The notes: generated by a model from the letters alone, not told the origin. DNA of 41,297 nt from a virus (IMGVR_UViG_2897346870_000001:1-41297), one strand, 5' to 3'. Positions 1 to 8,555 are shown, counted from the first letter of the stretch. Numbers and translations: made by a program.

Positions 1-1251
1 GTGCTTACCGATACAAAATTAAAAAACCTCAAGCCGCAGGACAAACTGTACAAGGTCTCCGATCGTGACGGGCTGTATGTAGCTGTGCTTACGTCAGGCA
101 CGGTCTCGTTTCGCTATGACTACCGTATCAACGGTCGCCGCGAAACACTGGTAATCGGGCAGTATGGGCGTGACGGTATCAGCCTGGCAGAAGCGCGAGA
201 AGAACTGATTGCTGCAAAGAAGCTGCTTAAAGCAGGCCAGTCACCGGCTGCGGCTAAACGTGACGGTATCAAAAAGATTCGTGGTGCCGAGACGTTTGCG
301 GTACATACCGACAGTTATATGAAACACGTCATCCTGGCTGACAGTACCCGCGCAATGAAACAGGCGGTGATCGACCGTGACATACTTCCGGTTCTTGGCA
401 ATAAAATGATGGCTGAAATTACCACATCGATGGTTCGTGATTTGTGTGACCGGATTGTCGAACGCGGTGGCCGGGCAACAGCAGTGCAGGCCAGGGAGAT
501 CATCAGTAGCGTATACCGTCACGCCAATGACCGTGGTCATGGTTTGTTTAATCCTGCGGCTGACATTAAACCTTCGTCTATCGCCATATTTAAACCACGA
601 GAGCGAACACTGACACCAGAAGAAATTGGCCTGTTCTTCCGCACGCTTGATGCCATTGGTGCTATGGGCACTATGAAAATGGCTTTAAAGCTGGTGCTTA
701 TCACTATGGTTCGTAAAGGCGAATTCACCAACGCAACGTGGGATGAAATAGATTTTAAAAAATGGACATGGACAATTCCTTCAGACCGCATGAAGGGAAG
801 CCGGGCGCACGTTATTTACCTGCCTAAACAGGCACAGGATATATTGGTCGGACTGCAGATGTGCGCTGGTGGAAGTGAATATCTGGTTCCTGGTCGTTAC
901 AACTTCCGGAAGCCATTATCTAATGCCGCGCTGAACTCTCTGATCGACAGAACGGTGAAAATAATAAATGAAAATGGTGAGCATATTCAGGACTTCACCG
1001 TACACGATATGCGCCGTACAGCCAGTACGTTATTGCATGAGGCTGGTTATCCTTCAGACTGGATTGAAAAGGCTCTGGCACATGAGCAGAAAGGTGTGCG
1101 CGCCGTATATAACAAAGCGGAATACGCCAGACAGCGCGCCTGGATGTTGCAGCAGTGGGCCGATATGATTGATTCCTGGATTGACGGGGAGCATACGGAT
1201 CTGATTCCGTTCTCCCCGTCGAAGTTTGAGAAATGGATGGTGGGGGAATAA
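1..1251 (+). CDS. Tyrosine site-specific integrase (P4-type prophage integrase)
   Basis: 416-aa ORF. N-terminus LTDTKLKNLKP...DGLYVAV resembles P4-family integrase N-termini; C-terminal catalytic region HDMRRTASTLL...VRAVYNKAEY. Begins with GTG at window base 1, so the true start may lie just upstream. Confidence 0.9.
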   Translation: MLTDTKLKNLKPQDKLYKVSDRDGLYVAVLTSGTVSFRYDYRINGRRETLVIGQYGRDGISLAEAREELIAAKKLLKAGQSPAAAKRDGIKKIRGAETFAVHTDSYMKHVILADSTRAMKQAVIDRDILPVLGNKMMAEITTSMVRDLCDRIVERGGRATAVQAREIISSVYRHANDRGHGLFNPAADIKPSSIAIFKPRERTLTPEEIGLFFRTLDAIGAMGTMKMALKLVLITMVRKGEFTNATWDEIDFKKWTWTIPSDRMKGSRAHVIYLPKQAQDILVGLQMCAGGSEYLVPGRYNFRKPLSNAALNSLIDRTVKIINENGEHIQDFTVHDMRRTASTLLHEAGYPSDWIEKALAHEQKGVRAVYNKAEYARQRAWMLQQWADMIDSWIDGEHTDLIPFSPSKFEKWMVGE

Positions 1252-1254
1252 CGT

Positions 1255-1449
1255 TTAATTATTCTGCTGATTTTCTTCCATCTCGGCTTCTGCTGCCAGT
1301 GATTCAATTTTATCTGCGAATATTGCTGACAGTGTTGCAAATTCAGCATCAGTGACAGCGGGAATTGGAACAAACCTGATCCCGCTGTGTGCAAGCATGT
1401 TTGCAGTTTCAAGGCATTTCCTTAAATCTGCTGGTGATGCCCTGTTCAT
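1255..1449 (-). CDS. Small hypothetical protein (64 aa, acidic C-terminus)
   Basis: ATG at 1449 overlaps the stop of the upstream methyltransferase (ATGA coupling); convergent with the integrase. Track ORF 1255..1569 trimmed to the internal Met. Confidence 0.35.
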   Translation of the reverse strand: MNRASPADLRKCLETANMLAHSGIRFVPIPAVTDAEFATLSAIFADKIESLAAEAEMEENQQNN

Positions 1450-2096
1450 GCTGCACGCTCCCGCCCCTGGTTGTCTGTTGGTGACAGCGGAGCATTGCTG
1501 AATGCATTTGTTAATCTGGCAATATCCAACGCGTATCCAGGGTGTAGTTGCACTGCCGGGTCTTCGCACTGATTACCCCAAACATCGAAGCCATGAGACG
1601 ACTGGCGGGCGAACAGTTCAATGCGAGAAACATCGCCTAACAATTGCACAAGTTTTTCACGAACGACATCTGGTTTTCTTGAATGCTCAAGCCGCGGTGC
1701 GGTAAATGACTGAACGATCCCTGCATTAATGCGCGTAGGTAGTTTTCCCTTAACTGCAAACAGGCAATCTTCACTATTGGCGCGAGTCATGTGCCCCATA
1801 CCCATAACCAGTTTATCTGGTTGTCGACTACCACATTTTATCCACGTGAAGCCCTTCATGGTCATCAGACGGAATCCCCAGGCTTCAACAACTTTTAGTG
1901 CTTCGAGTGGTTGTGTTGGCACCCACCACATGGCCAACAGACAGTTTTCACCGGCCAAATCCCACACAGGAAGGCGGCAGATATCCAGCACACTCATAAC
2001 CGGATATTTAAAACCGGCACCGCGATTACCATCTGCGGCTTTGTCCCGGTATACCCAGGGTGGATCTGCATAGATTAGTGTGTATTTCTTAGTCAT
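1446..2096 (-). CDS. MT-A70-family N6-adenine DNA methyltransferase
   Basis: Motif LIYADPPW (DPPW catalytic motif), about 215 aa, typical of phage orphan adenine methylases. Start taken at the ATG giving MTKKYTLIY; the track ORF begins 4 codons earlier at GTG. Confidence 0.8.
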   Translation of the reverse strand: MTKKYTLIYADPPWVYRDKAADGNRGAGFKYPVMSVLDICRLPVWDLAGENCLLAMWWVPTQPLEALKVVEAWGFRLMTMKGFTWIKCGSRQPDKLVMGMGHMTRANSEDCLFAVKGKLPTRINAGIVQSFTAPRLEHSRKPDVVREKLVQLLGDVSRIELFARQSSHGFDVWGNQCEDPAVQLHPGYALDIARLTNAFSNAPLSPTDNQGRERAA

Positions 2097-2355
2097 AAAC
2101 CACCCCACAACATCCTATGCCGCTATAGTCGCCACGGCGAAGGCCGTTACCTTTTGTGATACATTGGTCCCTGCGAACCGCGATCCTTGCACGCTCAACA
2201 TCACCAGAAGCAACATCCATACACTGAAGCCAAAGGTGGGCGGCAATGCGGAACTGCCCTTTTTTCTCTCTTTCAATCGCGCGTTTTTCGATCTCTATCG
2301 CCGCAGGAGTAACGGCAACAACCTTTGAATGGCTGCGCATTGAAACCTTGTTCAT
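2089..2355 (-). CDS. Hypothetical protein
   Basis: ORF in the leftward early operon, 3' end overlapping the methyltransferase start; no recognisable motif. Start ambiguous (ATG at 2355 or GTG at 2388). Confidence 0.35.
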   Translation of the reverse strand: MNKVSMRSHSKVVAVTPAAIEIEKRAIEREKKGQFRIAAHLWLQCMDVASGDVERARIAVRRDQCITKGNGLRRGDYSGIGCCGVVYD

Positions 2356-2497
2356 GTGATATTTTTCAAGTCGGCTTAACTTTCTCACTTAATCCAACCC
2401 TCTCTGAAAATTAATGCCAGCAGATAAAGCCATGCTGAAACAGAGGCCAGGAATAAGTACCATCCTGACCATTTGCTCCAGTGCCTTAGCAGCGCAC

Positions 2498-2746
2498 TCA
2501 TGCAGCGTTGCTCACAGGACGATATACACGTTGCTGAACAGGAGGTTTTTTACCCTGGAACTCTGCCGGGCTTGCTGCCTGACGTTCATCAAGCCAACGC
2601 TCAACTTCATCACGGTTCCATGCACAGCGTTTATCGGTGATATACCAGCGTTTAGGAAATTCCCCTGCGCGCTCCATACGGTCGATAGTGCTCCATGACA
2701 GTGGCACCACCGCCAGGAGTTCCTTCTTACCTAATGCACCTTTCAT
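2498..2746 (-). CDS. AlpA-family HTH regulator / excisionase-like protein
   Basis: 82 aa; LSWSTIDRMERAGEFPKRW is the characteristic AlpA/Vis-type helix-turn-helix motif. Confidence 0.7.
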   Translation of the reverse strand: MKGALGKKELLAVVPLSWSTIDRMERAGEFPKRWYITDKRCAWNRDEVERWLDERQAASPAEFQGKKPPVQQRVYRPVSNAA

Positions 2747-2795
2747 AAATACCTCTCTTGGTTGCAGTGCGGCGCGCGTGGCGCCGCGGTGGTGG

Positions 2796-3737
2796 TTACA
2801 TAGATGTTTCGTTTAATTCTTCCCGACGAACGCTGTAAACGTCGGTGGCTTTTGCCAGCAGTTCGTCATCATCTGAAAGTTTTTGTGCAATGTATTTGTA
2901 AGCCTTATCCAGTTCGGAGACAGTGCTGTAATTCATCGCTGCGCTGGTAAAGGCCATCAGCATTTCTTCTGGATCACGGCTATCCGGTTTACGCGTTTGC
3001 TCATCAGGCTTTTTCGCTGGTTTAGCGTTGATCAGACTGTTCATTCCCGCAGCAGTGGTCGTTTGCGGAGTAATGTCTCGCTCAACGCGCGGTGCCGTTT
3101 CCTGTAATTCGTCTGGGGTGTAGACGCCCATGATTACGTCAGGACAGTGCAGGCGAGACCAGCGTTTTGTCGCAAGGTATGCGAGTTGTTGTTTCGGATC
3201 ACTGGCCCAAAGTGTGGAGTTTCTTACCTGTGCTTGAGACAGCATTAACTCAAGCACTCGAGGTTGATCCTCGCCCTTCATGGTTGCCCATACGCGAACA
3301 CCGCAGCCTTCTTCGTCTTTTAGAGTCCAGCCTGGTGCGATATATGGATTGCCGTTTTTGGATGTTTTCTCAACAAACTTACCGATCACGCGTTCCCACG
3401 GCCCGAACCACTCGTAGTTGATGCGATCTTTTGTTGGCGACATCGTTGAGATAACTGCGTTTACTAATTGGGCTTCATAACCTAGCGTGCCGTTCACAAC
3501 ATGGGTTTTCTGAGCCACGGCAAACGGGTTCATTCCCCACTGCGCAGCCTGCATTGCCACGGCCATGCAATCAGCTGGTTTCCCGGCGAGGTGCGCCGGT
3601 ACCGTTACGCGGCTTTGCGCCATTACCTCGGCGAATTTCATCAGTTGGTTCAAGCCGTCTGGGCTGAAAATAGTTGCAGCAGTTCCAGCGATTGCTGTGT
3701 CTACTGGTGCGTTGATGTTTGCGATGTCGTTGCTCAT
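2796..3737 (-). CDS. RecT/Red-beta family single-strand annealing protein
   Basis: About 313 aa; conserved core (CMAVAMQAAQWGMNPF...) and C-terminal pattern comparable to lambda Bet/RecT; directly downstream of and translationally coupled (ATGA at 3734..3737) to a PD-(D/E)XK exonuclease gene. Confidence 0.7.
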   Translation of the reverse strand: MSNDIANINAPVDTAIAGTAATIFSPDGLNQLMKFAEVMAQSRVTVPAHLAGKPADCMAVAMQAAQWGMNPFAVAQKTHVVNGTLGYEAQLVNAVISTMSPTKDRINYEWFGPWERVIGKFVEKTSKNGNPYIAPGWTLKDEEGCGVRVWATMKGEDQPRVLELMLSQAQVRNSTLWASDPKQQLAYLATKRWSRLHCPDVIMGVYTPDELQETAPRVERDITPQTTTAAGMNSLINAKPAKKPDEQTRKPDSRDPEEMLMAFTSAAMNYSTVSELDKAYKYIAQKLSDDDELLAKATDVYSVRREELNETSM

Positions 3738-4555
3738 ATGTACATATCCTGTTTGCGTGCCCACTCAGGGCGTTTAATGATTTCCACACCGCCCCATTCA
3801 TCATTGATGCGGCATTCGTGATAGGTATTCAGATCCCGGCGGAACAGAGCGTGCCCGGCATCGACATCCTGCGCATCCAGCTCGAACACGCGTACCGGAT
3901 ACCGACCACAATCAATGCTTTCGCTCACGGCAAGAAAGAAAAAACCATGCGGCTGACCAGTAACCCTCATTGCGCCTTCGCGGTACATTGCGTCCTGCAC
4001 GTGGTAGCGGAATTCCTCGATGTGGCGTGCAAAACGGTCCATATCTGCAACCTTTTTCACGTCGACGATCACGTTGTGCTCGTTCAGCCATTTGTCTGGA
4101 CGAATTCGGCACAACTCACCCGTCTCTTCATCGTTCCAGTACATTGATGCTTCGCAGTAACCAGGTGCTTCCAGCATCCAGCGTGCCGCCGGATGAGCCA
4201 TTGCGCTATCACGCATCAGCTCCAGTTTTCGCCACTGCTCGACATCAAGTACCGTAATACCCATATCCGCCACATCACGAAGAAATGCTTCTTCGTCAGC
4301 TTTACCTTGTTTTGTCCGACGATCGAACTTCGGTGAAACAATGAAGCGTTTGTCGAATTCTCCAGGCTCCAGAAGCAGACAGTGCAATGCGGTTCCCATA
4401 TCCAGTGCAGACTTTTTCTCTTCGTCTTCTGGTGCTGCCTGAACCCATTTAAGAAGCGCCGGATTCTTGGCAACCATGTCCAGTTGCGACTTACTCACGC
4501 CGTCACCGGCGTGGTAGTCTTCGTTGCTGATGTCGAAATAAATTCCCGGTTTCAT
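3734..4555 (-). CDS. PD-(D/E)XK exonuclease (YqaJ / lambda-Exo-like recombination nuclease)
   Basis: 273 aa; N-terminal GIYFDISNEDYHAG and internal D...E.K signatures of YqaJ-type phage exonucleases; paired with the RecT-like gene. Confidence 0.7.
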   Translation of the reverse strand: MKPGIYFDISNEDYHAGDGVSKSQLDMVAKNPALLKWVQAAPEDEEKKSALDMGTALHCLLLEPGEFDKRFIVSPKFDRRTKQGKADEEAFLRDVADMGITVLDVEQWRKLELMRDSAMAHPAARWMLEAPGYCEASMYWNDEETGELCRIRPDKWLNEHNVIVDVKKVADMDRFARHIEEFRYHVQDAMYREGAMRVTGQPHGFFFLAVSESIDCGRYPVRVFELDAQDVDAGHALFRRDLNTYHECRINDEWGGVEIIKRPEWARKQDMYI

Positions 4556-4851
4556 GCCGCTTCCCTCTGCCCATCAATCCGATCCGCCAGATCCCAGCGG
4601 GCGATAATTGCCATTGCCTCGCGCCGGTAGGCATCCATAAGTTCTTCGAACTCAGGGCTGTCTTTAGCTGCCTCCAGCACTTCCTGGCGAACTCCTTTGC
4701 CTGTTACAGCGTCAAAAGTTGAGGCCAGTTGATGAAGCCGGATGCTCTCGATCAGTTCAACTTGTCGGTCATATAGCTGTTCTGACAGGCGGTAGTCCTT
4801 GTCGAATGCCAGCATGATTTTTTGAAGATTTTTCTGCTGATTAACGTTCAT
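4552..4851 (-). CDS. Hypothetical early protein
   Basis: About 100 aa (MNVNQQKNLQK...), overlaps the exonuclease start; first protein-sized gene of the leftward operon. Confidence 0.45.
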   Translation of the reverse strand: MNVNQQKNLQKIMLAFDKDYRLSEQLYDRQVELIESIRLHQLASTFDAVTGKGVRQEVLEAAKDSPEFEELMDAYRREAMAIIARWDLADRIDGQREAA

Positions 4852-4853
4852 TA

Positions 4854-5006
4854 TCAGCCCTCCCATATCTCGTTATCGTTGGCCACATCGCGAGCTTCTT
4901 TGCTGACGAAAGCCCACTTAATGCCTTCCTGTAAGGTGCGGAACTTCCAGCTCATGAATCCGCATGCAGTAACGCAGTACCAACCGTTGATGATTTTCCA
5001 CTGCAT
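4854..5006 (-). CDS. Small ORF (50 aa) absent from the ORF track
   Basis: Hand translation MQWKIINGWYCVTACGFMSWKFRTLQEGIKWAFVSKEARDVANDNEIWEG; GAGGT Shine-Dalgarno 9 nt upstream; stop is 2 nt before the next gene start. Confidence 0.25.
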   Translation of the reverse strand: MQWKIINGWYCVTACGFMSWKFRTLQEGIKWAFVSKEARDVANDNEIWEG

Positions 5007-5087
5007 AACTTGTTACCTCGGTCTGTTACCGTTGAGGTAATAATTATGCGTATTTGGTTTGATGTCAATAGATATGAGTTAAAAAAA

Positions 5088-5102
5088 TTACCTATTAGGT
5101 AA
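5088..5102. promoter_or_regulatory. OL-like operator palindrome TTACCTATTAGGTAA
   Basis: Near-perfect 15-bp inverted repeat at the head of the leftward early operon, just downstream of the repressor gene terminator. Confidence 0.5.
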
Positions 5103-5111
5103 TAGTATAGG

Positions 5112-5138
5112 CAATAAAAAAGCCGCCAGAAGGCGGCT
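5112..5138 (-). terminator. Rho-independent terminator of the repressor gene
   Basis: GCCGCC-AGAA-GGCGGC hairpin followed by a T-run on the minus strand, immediately 3' of the repressor CDS. Confidence 0.6.
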
Positions 5139-5159
5139 TACTTACTGAAAAGTATGATT

Positions 5160-5744
5160 TTATTGTTTGTTTTTTTCGTTCTGGTTGATGACAAATTCAA
5201 TATAACTTTCGATCTTTGCTTTCTCGGTTTCGGGTAACAATGCGTAGCGCGAGCGGTCATAGTTGATGGTCGCAGGGTCGTGCGGGTGAATCAGTAATTC
5301 ATAGCCGTGACGCCCGAATGCGGATGCAACATTCTCCAGGGTGGAAATGGAAACGCTGACCTCATTGTTTAACAGGCGGCTGATTGTCACCTGGGCGACG
5401 CCGGATGCGCGGTGAAGTTTTCCCTGTGTTGAAAGGTCGCGGCTTTCGCTCATCCAGCGTTCCAGGTTGTGAGCCGCCAGCTGACCAATGTCGCTTGGGC
5501 CGACAGGCTGAAAACCTTCCTGAGAAAGCGAGCGATCGATATCAAGCCAGTTACGTGGTTTATTGGCGGCAGCTTCAATTTTTCGCGCAACCTGGTCGCC
5601 GATAACCTTCTTGCCAAGAGCCCAGCGGTTTACCAGATTTGCCTGAGTTCCAAGTTTTTCTGCCATCCGCGTCTGAACACCATTGAATTCACGGTCGATC
5701 AAGTCGTTGAGATTTTGCCTGCGGACGTCCTGGATACTTTTCAT
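5160..5744 (-). CDS. Prophage repressor, tandem HTH (XRE-type), no peptidase S24 domain
   Basis: 194 aa with two HTH-like segments (TRMAEKLGTQANLVNRW and ASGVAQVTISRLLNN); divergent from the Cro-like gene across a three-operator region; no LexA-like Ser/Lys autocleavage module recognised. Confidence 0.75.
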   Translation of the reverse strand: MKSIQDVRRQNLNDLIDREFNGVQTRMAEKLGTQANLVNRWALGKKVIGDQVARKIEAAANKPRNWLDIDRSLSQEGFQPVGPSDIGQLAAHNLERWMSESRDLSTQGKLHRASGVAQVTISRLLNNEVSVSISTLENVASAFGRHGYELLIHPHDPATINYDRSRYALLPETEKAKIESYIEFVINQNEKNKQ

Positions 5745-5799
5745 TTTCTGGAAAATCGCCTCATATATGAATCAGTAGATGATTCAATTTAAAGCAATA

Positions 5800-5862
5800 T
5801 TACCCAACAGGTAAATGCACCTCATAGGTAACTATCCTTGATTTTTGTTACCTTATGGGTGA
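5800..5862. promoter_or_regulatory. Tripartite OR-like operator region with divergent promoters
   Basis: Three 15-bp sites: 5800..5814 TTACCCAACAGGTAA, 5817..5831 GCACCTCATAGGTAA, 5848..5862 TTACCTTATGGGTGA. Candidate rightward promoter (-35 TTGTTA 5845..5850, -10 TATTAT about 5868..5873) overlaps the third site. Confidence 0.55.
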
Positions 5863-5898
5863 ATATTTATTATCTGAAATAAATATCAGGCAATAGCT

Positions 5899-6129
5899 AT
5901 GAGCGATAACGGACATTTCGATTTCAAAAAGCACTGGCTTGCACTTACTCCGGATGAGCGTGAAGCCTTCGCACAGGAAGCCGGAACGACGAGTCACTAT
6001 ATCCAGACTCACTTAACAGGTAAGCGCAAAATGCCAGGTAAAGTATTGATGAATGGGCTTTTTAAAGCCTGTAAAACAAGACAATGGCTGCGCTCAAAAG
6101 CAGAACTGGCATACTTCTTCTACTCATGA
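5899..6129 (+). CDS. Cro-like small HTH regulator
   Basis: 76 aa, divergent from the repressor across the operator cluster and followed by a tR1-like terminator; family assignment is positional rather than by a strong motif. Confidence 0.5.
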   Translation: MSDNGHFDFKKHWLALTPDEREAFAQEAGTTSHYIQTHLTGKRKMPGKVLMNGLFKACKTRQWLRSKAELAYFFYS

Positions 6130-6151
6130 TATCCAGCCACAACCCTCTGTA

Positions 6152-6173
6152 GACCGCCACCCGGCGGTCTTTT
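6152..6173 (+). terminator. tR1-like rho-independent terminator
   Basis: GACCGCC-ACCC-GGCGGTC hairpin followed by TTTT, directly after the Cro-like gene. Confidence 0.6.
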
Positions 6174-6184
6174 CATATCTATTC

Positions 6185-6199
6185 GCACCTCAAAGGTAA
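6185..6199. promoter_or_regulatory. Operator-like palindrome GCACCTCAAAGGTAA
   Basis: Same family as the OR sites; lies between the tR1-like terminator and the next gene. Confidence 0.4.
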
Positions 6200-6279
6200 T
6201 AAAAAACCAAATCTGGTTGATATTTTTTTTGTGTCAGCACAAAATGACCGTAATCCCAATACTAATAACAGGGCTTACC

Positions 6280-6480
6280 ATGGAAATCATTACACGTATT
6301 GATGCCGCAAAGCGCGGACTTAAACGCTACTACACCGGAAAAACATGTAAGCACGGACATGACAGTGAACGCTGGGTTTACAACGGACACTGTGTTGAGT
6401 GCACCATGGAATCAAACCGTCGTATCAGGGCAGAGATTAAGCAGATCATGATTAATTCCTCCCCACAACATTCAAGCTGA
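6280..6480 (+). CDS. Small zinc-ribbon protein (cII-position hypothetical)
   Basis: 66 aa from the internal Met (MEIITRIDAAKRGLKRYYTGKTCKHGHDSERWVYNGHCVEC); C/H-x2-H...C-x2-C arrangement. Confidence 0.4.
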   Translation: MEIITRIDAAKRGLKRYYTGKTCKHGHDSERWVYNGHCVECTMESNRRIRAEIKQIMINSSPQHSS

Positions 6481-6495
6481 TAGCGTAGATTAATC

Positions 6496-7311
6496 ATGAG
6501 CAGACATGCAACAGATTGGGCCTGGGAGACAGATCCAGGTAGCTCGTCATTAAAGCTCATACTGCTCTCGATGGCTGACAGAGCCGATGAATATAACCTC
6601 TGCTACCCCAGCATAGAACGCCTCGTTAAAGACACTTGCCTGAATAAAAAAACCGTGCAGGCCGGGCTTATATCGCTCATGAAAATGGGGCTTATTTCAG
6701 ATACCGGAGAGAGAAAGGGAGCGACGAAAAGAGTGCGGGTTTTCTCTCTTAATATAACCAAAAACGGGAACATTAAAGGCAACCGGGAAGGGGGTAATGA
6801 ACCCGAAAACGGTAATGTTACCGAAAACGGGAATATACCCAAAAACGGGATGTTGAATGATCCCAAAAACGGGATGTTGAATGATCCCAAAAACGGGATC
6901 CAGAACCAGTCATATAACCAGTCATTTAACCAAGAGAGGGAGAGCAGGACAAAAAGCGGGGATTCTGTGCCTCATGACCCCGGCGCAAACAACGCCGTGA
7001 TGAATAACTTTGTTCCTCCTGGTGGGCCAGGGCAATTAGGCAAATTTGTCATGCATGAACAATGGCAACCATCAGATGACTTTCTTCGGAAAAGCTCATT
7101 GCAGGGGATCTACCTGGACAGTCTGCCAACGGCACAGGAACTTGCAGAGTTCAGAATTTACTGGATGGCTGAGGGTAAGGCATACCATCAGGCGCAGTGG
7201 GAGCAGAAGCTGGCAAGGCGGCTGCAGATTAGCAGACAGAAGCAATCAACATTACCTGATAACAACGTTCCGCACTGGAACAGCCCTGAAGCATGGGAGG
7301 ATTTCTTGTGA
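6496..7311 (+). CDS. Replication initiator (lambda O-like organiser) with internal iterons
   Basis: N-terminal winged-HTH-like region (LKLILLSMADRADEYNLCYPSIERL); central repetitive NG-rich linker encoded by iterons; followed by a lambda P-like gene. Confidence 0.65.
   Translation: MSRHATDWAWETDPGSSSLKLILLSMADRADEYNLCYPSIERLVKDTCLNKKTVQAGLISLMKMGLISDTGERKGATKRVRVFSLNITKNGNIKGNREGGNEPENGNVTENGNIPKNGMLNDPKNGMLNDPKNGIQNQSYNQSFNQERESRTKSGDSVPHDPGANNAVMNNFVPPGGPGQLGKFVMHEQWQPSDDFLRKSSLQGIYLDSLPTAQELAEFRIYWMAEGKAYHQAQWEQKLARRLQISRQKQSTLPDNNVPHWNSPEAWEDFL
6758..6903 (+). repeat. Origin-like iteron array inside the initiator gene
   Basis: Six direct repeats with core CC(A/C/G)AAAACGG(G/T)A starting at 6758, 6802, 6820, 6838, 6862 and 6886, including two identical 24-bp units (CCCAAAAACGGGATGTTGAATGAT). 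Confidence 0.6.
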
Positions 7312-8093
7312 ACAACGTTTTTACCGCAATACAAAACCGTGACGGAGAAGCCCTTTCTCGCATGTCAGGTTATGAGCATCAGTACGTCAACAATGACAAC
7401 GTAGTGAACATGTCAGCAGAGAGGCTTGTTGATGCCCTTTTCAAACAGTTGAAACAACTGTTTCCGGCGGCAGTGGTAACCAACCTGAAGACGCCAGAGC
7501 AGGAAGTTGCTGCAAAACAGCAGTGGATTGCTGCGTTTGCCGAAGGGGGGATCCGAACCCGTGAACAGGTTTCTGCTGGTATGCGCCACGCCCGCGCCAG
7601 TGATTCTCCGTTCTGGCCGTCGCCAGGGCAATTCATCAAGTGGTGCAAAGACAGCAAGATGGTTCTTGGCGTCACCATTGACGATGTGATGGCGGAGTTT
7701 CACCGGTACAGCAAGGAAAAAAGTTTATATCCTGGTGGTCCCGAAAGATTCCCGTGGCGGCATCCGGTTATGTACTGGGTCGTATGTGATACCCGCCGTG
7801 CAATGTATCAGCGCCAGCTTAGCGAGATTGAGGTTGAGAAACACGCGCGCAGGCTGCTCGATGATTGGGCGAAAAAGGTGGCTTCCGGACAGCAGATACC
7901 CGATCCGGTGATCAGCATACAGGCAAAGCCAGAGCCCATGAGTACACCTCCGGACACAGGGAGAGACGTTTACCATCCACCAGGGCGAAGTTTCGGGTGC
8001 ATGCCTAACGCCGCCACCCTTGGGGGAATAACACCGGCGCAGTGGCTGATGGAGGAATACAGGCGAGGAAAGGCGGCAGGATTTATCAAGTAA
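7308..8093 (+). CDS. Replication protein P-like (DnaB helicase loader)
   Basis: Clear similarity to lambda P as recalled (QQWIAAFAEGGIRTREQVSAGMRHARASDSPFWPSPGQFIKWCKD vs lambda RRQWVLAFRENGITTMEQVNAGMRVARRQNRPFLPSPGQFVAWCRE). GTG start overlapping the O-like stop, with GGGAGG Shine-Dalgarno. Confidence 0.75.
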   Translation: MNNVFTAIQNRDGEALSRMSGYEHQYVNNDNVVNMSAERLVDALFKQLKQLFPAAVVTNLKTPEQEVAAKQQWIAAFAEGGIRTREQVSAGMRHARASDSPFWPSPGQFIKWCKDSKMVLGVTIDDVMAEFHRYSKEKSLYPGGPERFPWRHPVMYWVVCDTRRAMYQRQLSEIEVEKHARRLLDDWAKKVASGQQIPDPVISIQAKPEPMSTPPDTGRDVYHPPGRSFGCMPNAATLGGITPAQWLMEEYRRGKAAGFIK

Positions 8094-8130
8094 TACCAGC
8101 GCGATAGCGCATTTTTTTACGTTTCGATAA

Positions 8131-8207
8131 TTACCTGTTAGGTAATAAAATATTCTAAAATCTATTGATTTCGTGTCTTATGTGGTTTTTAATTACCTCA
8201 GAGGTAA
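8131..8207. promoter_or_regulatory. Two operator palindromes upstream of the nin-like operon
   Basis: 8131..8145 TTACCTGTTAGGTAA and 8193..8207 TTACCTCAGAGGTAA; the second overlaps the Shine-Dalgarno of the 8211 gene; motif ATGTGGTT at 8180..8187. Confidence 0.45.
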
Positions 8208-8210
8208 ATC

Positions 8211-8555
8211 ATGAGAAAACAGATACAGGCTCTTGGTCGACTCAAAACAGGACAGATGAACAAAACAGAATCTGCGTATTGCCAGCACCTTGAGCTGCGT
8301 AAACGTGCAGGAGAAATCGTCTGGTATCGATTTGAGGGTATCAAGCTGCGGTTAGCTGACAACACGTTCTATACGCCCGATTTTGCTGTGATGCTCGCCA
8401 CCGGCGAGATGGAACTGCACGAAGTGAAAGGTTTCTGGACCGACGACGCCAGAGTGAAAACCAAAGTCGCCGCAGATCAGTATCCGTTCCGAATCATCGG
8501 GGTAACGGTTAAACCAAAGAAAGCAGGTGGTGGCTGGAACATCGAAGAGTTCTGA
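8211..8555 (+). CDS. PD-(D/E)xK-fold nuclease-like protein (DUF1064/VRR-NUC-like)
   Basis: 114 aa; YTPDFAV ... ELHEVKG resembles the D...E.K motif of small phage nucleases. Confidence 0.5.
   Translation: MRKQIQALGRLKTGQMNKTESAYCQHLELRKRAGEIVWYRFEGIKLRLADNTFYTPDFAVMLATGEMELHEVKGFWTDDARVKTKVAADQYPFRIIGVTVKPKKAGGGWNIEEF

Noticed and set aside
6603-6890. 95-aa minus-strand ORF with repetitive FNIPFLG peptide
   Set aside because: It is the antisense reading of the iteron array inside the initiator gene; the repetition comes from DNA iterons, not a real protein.
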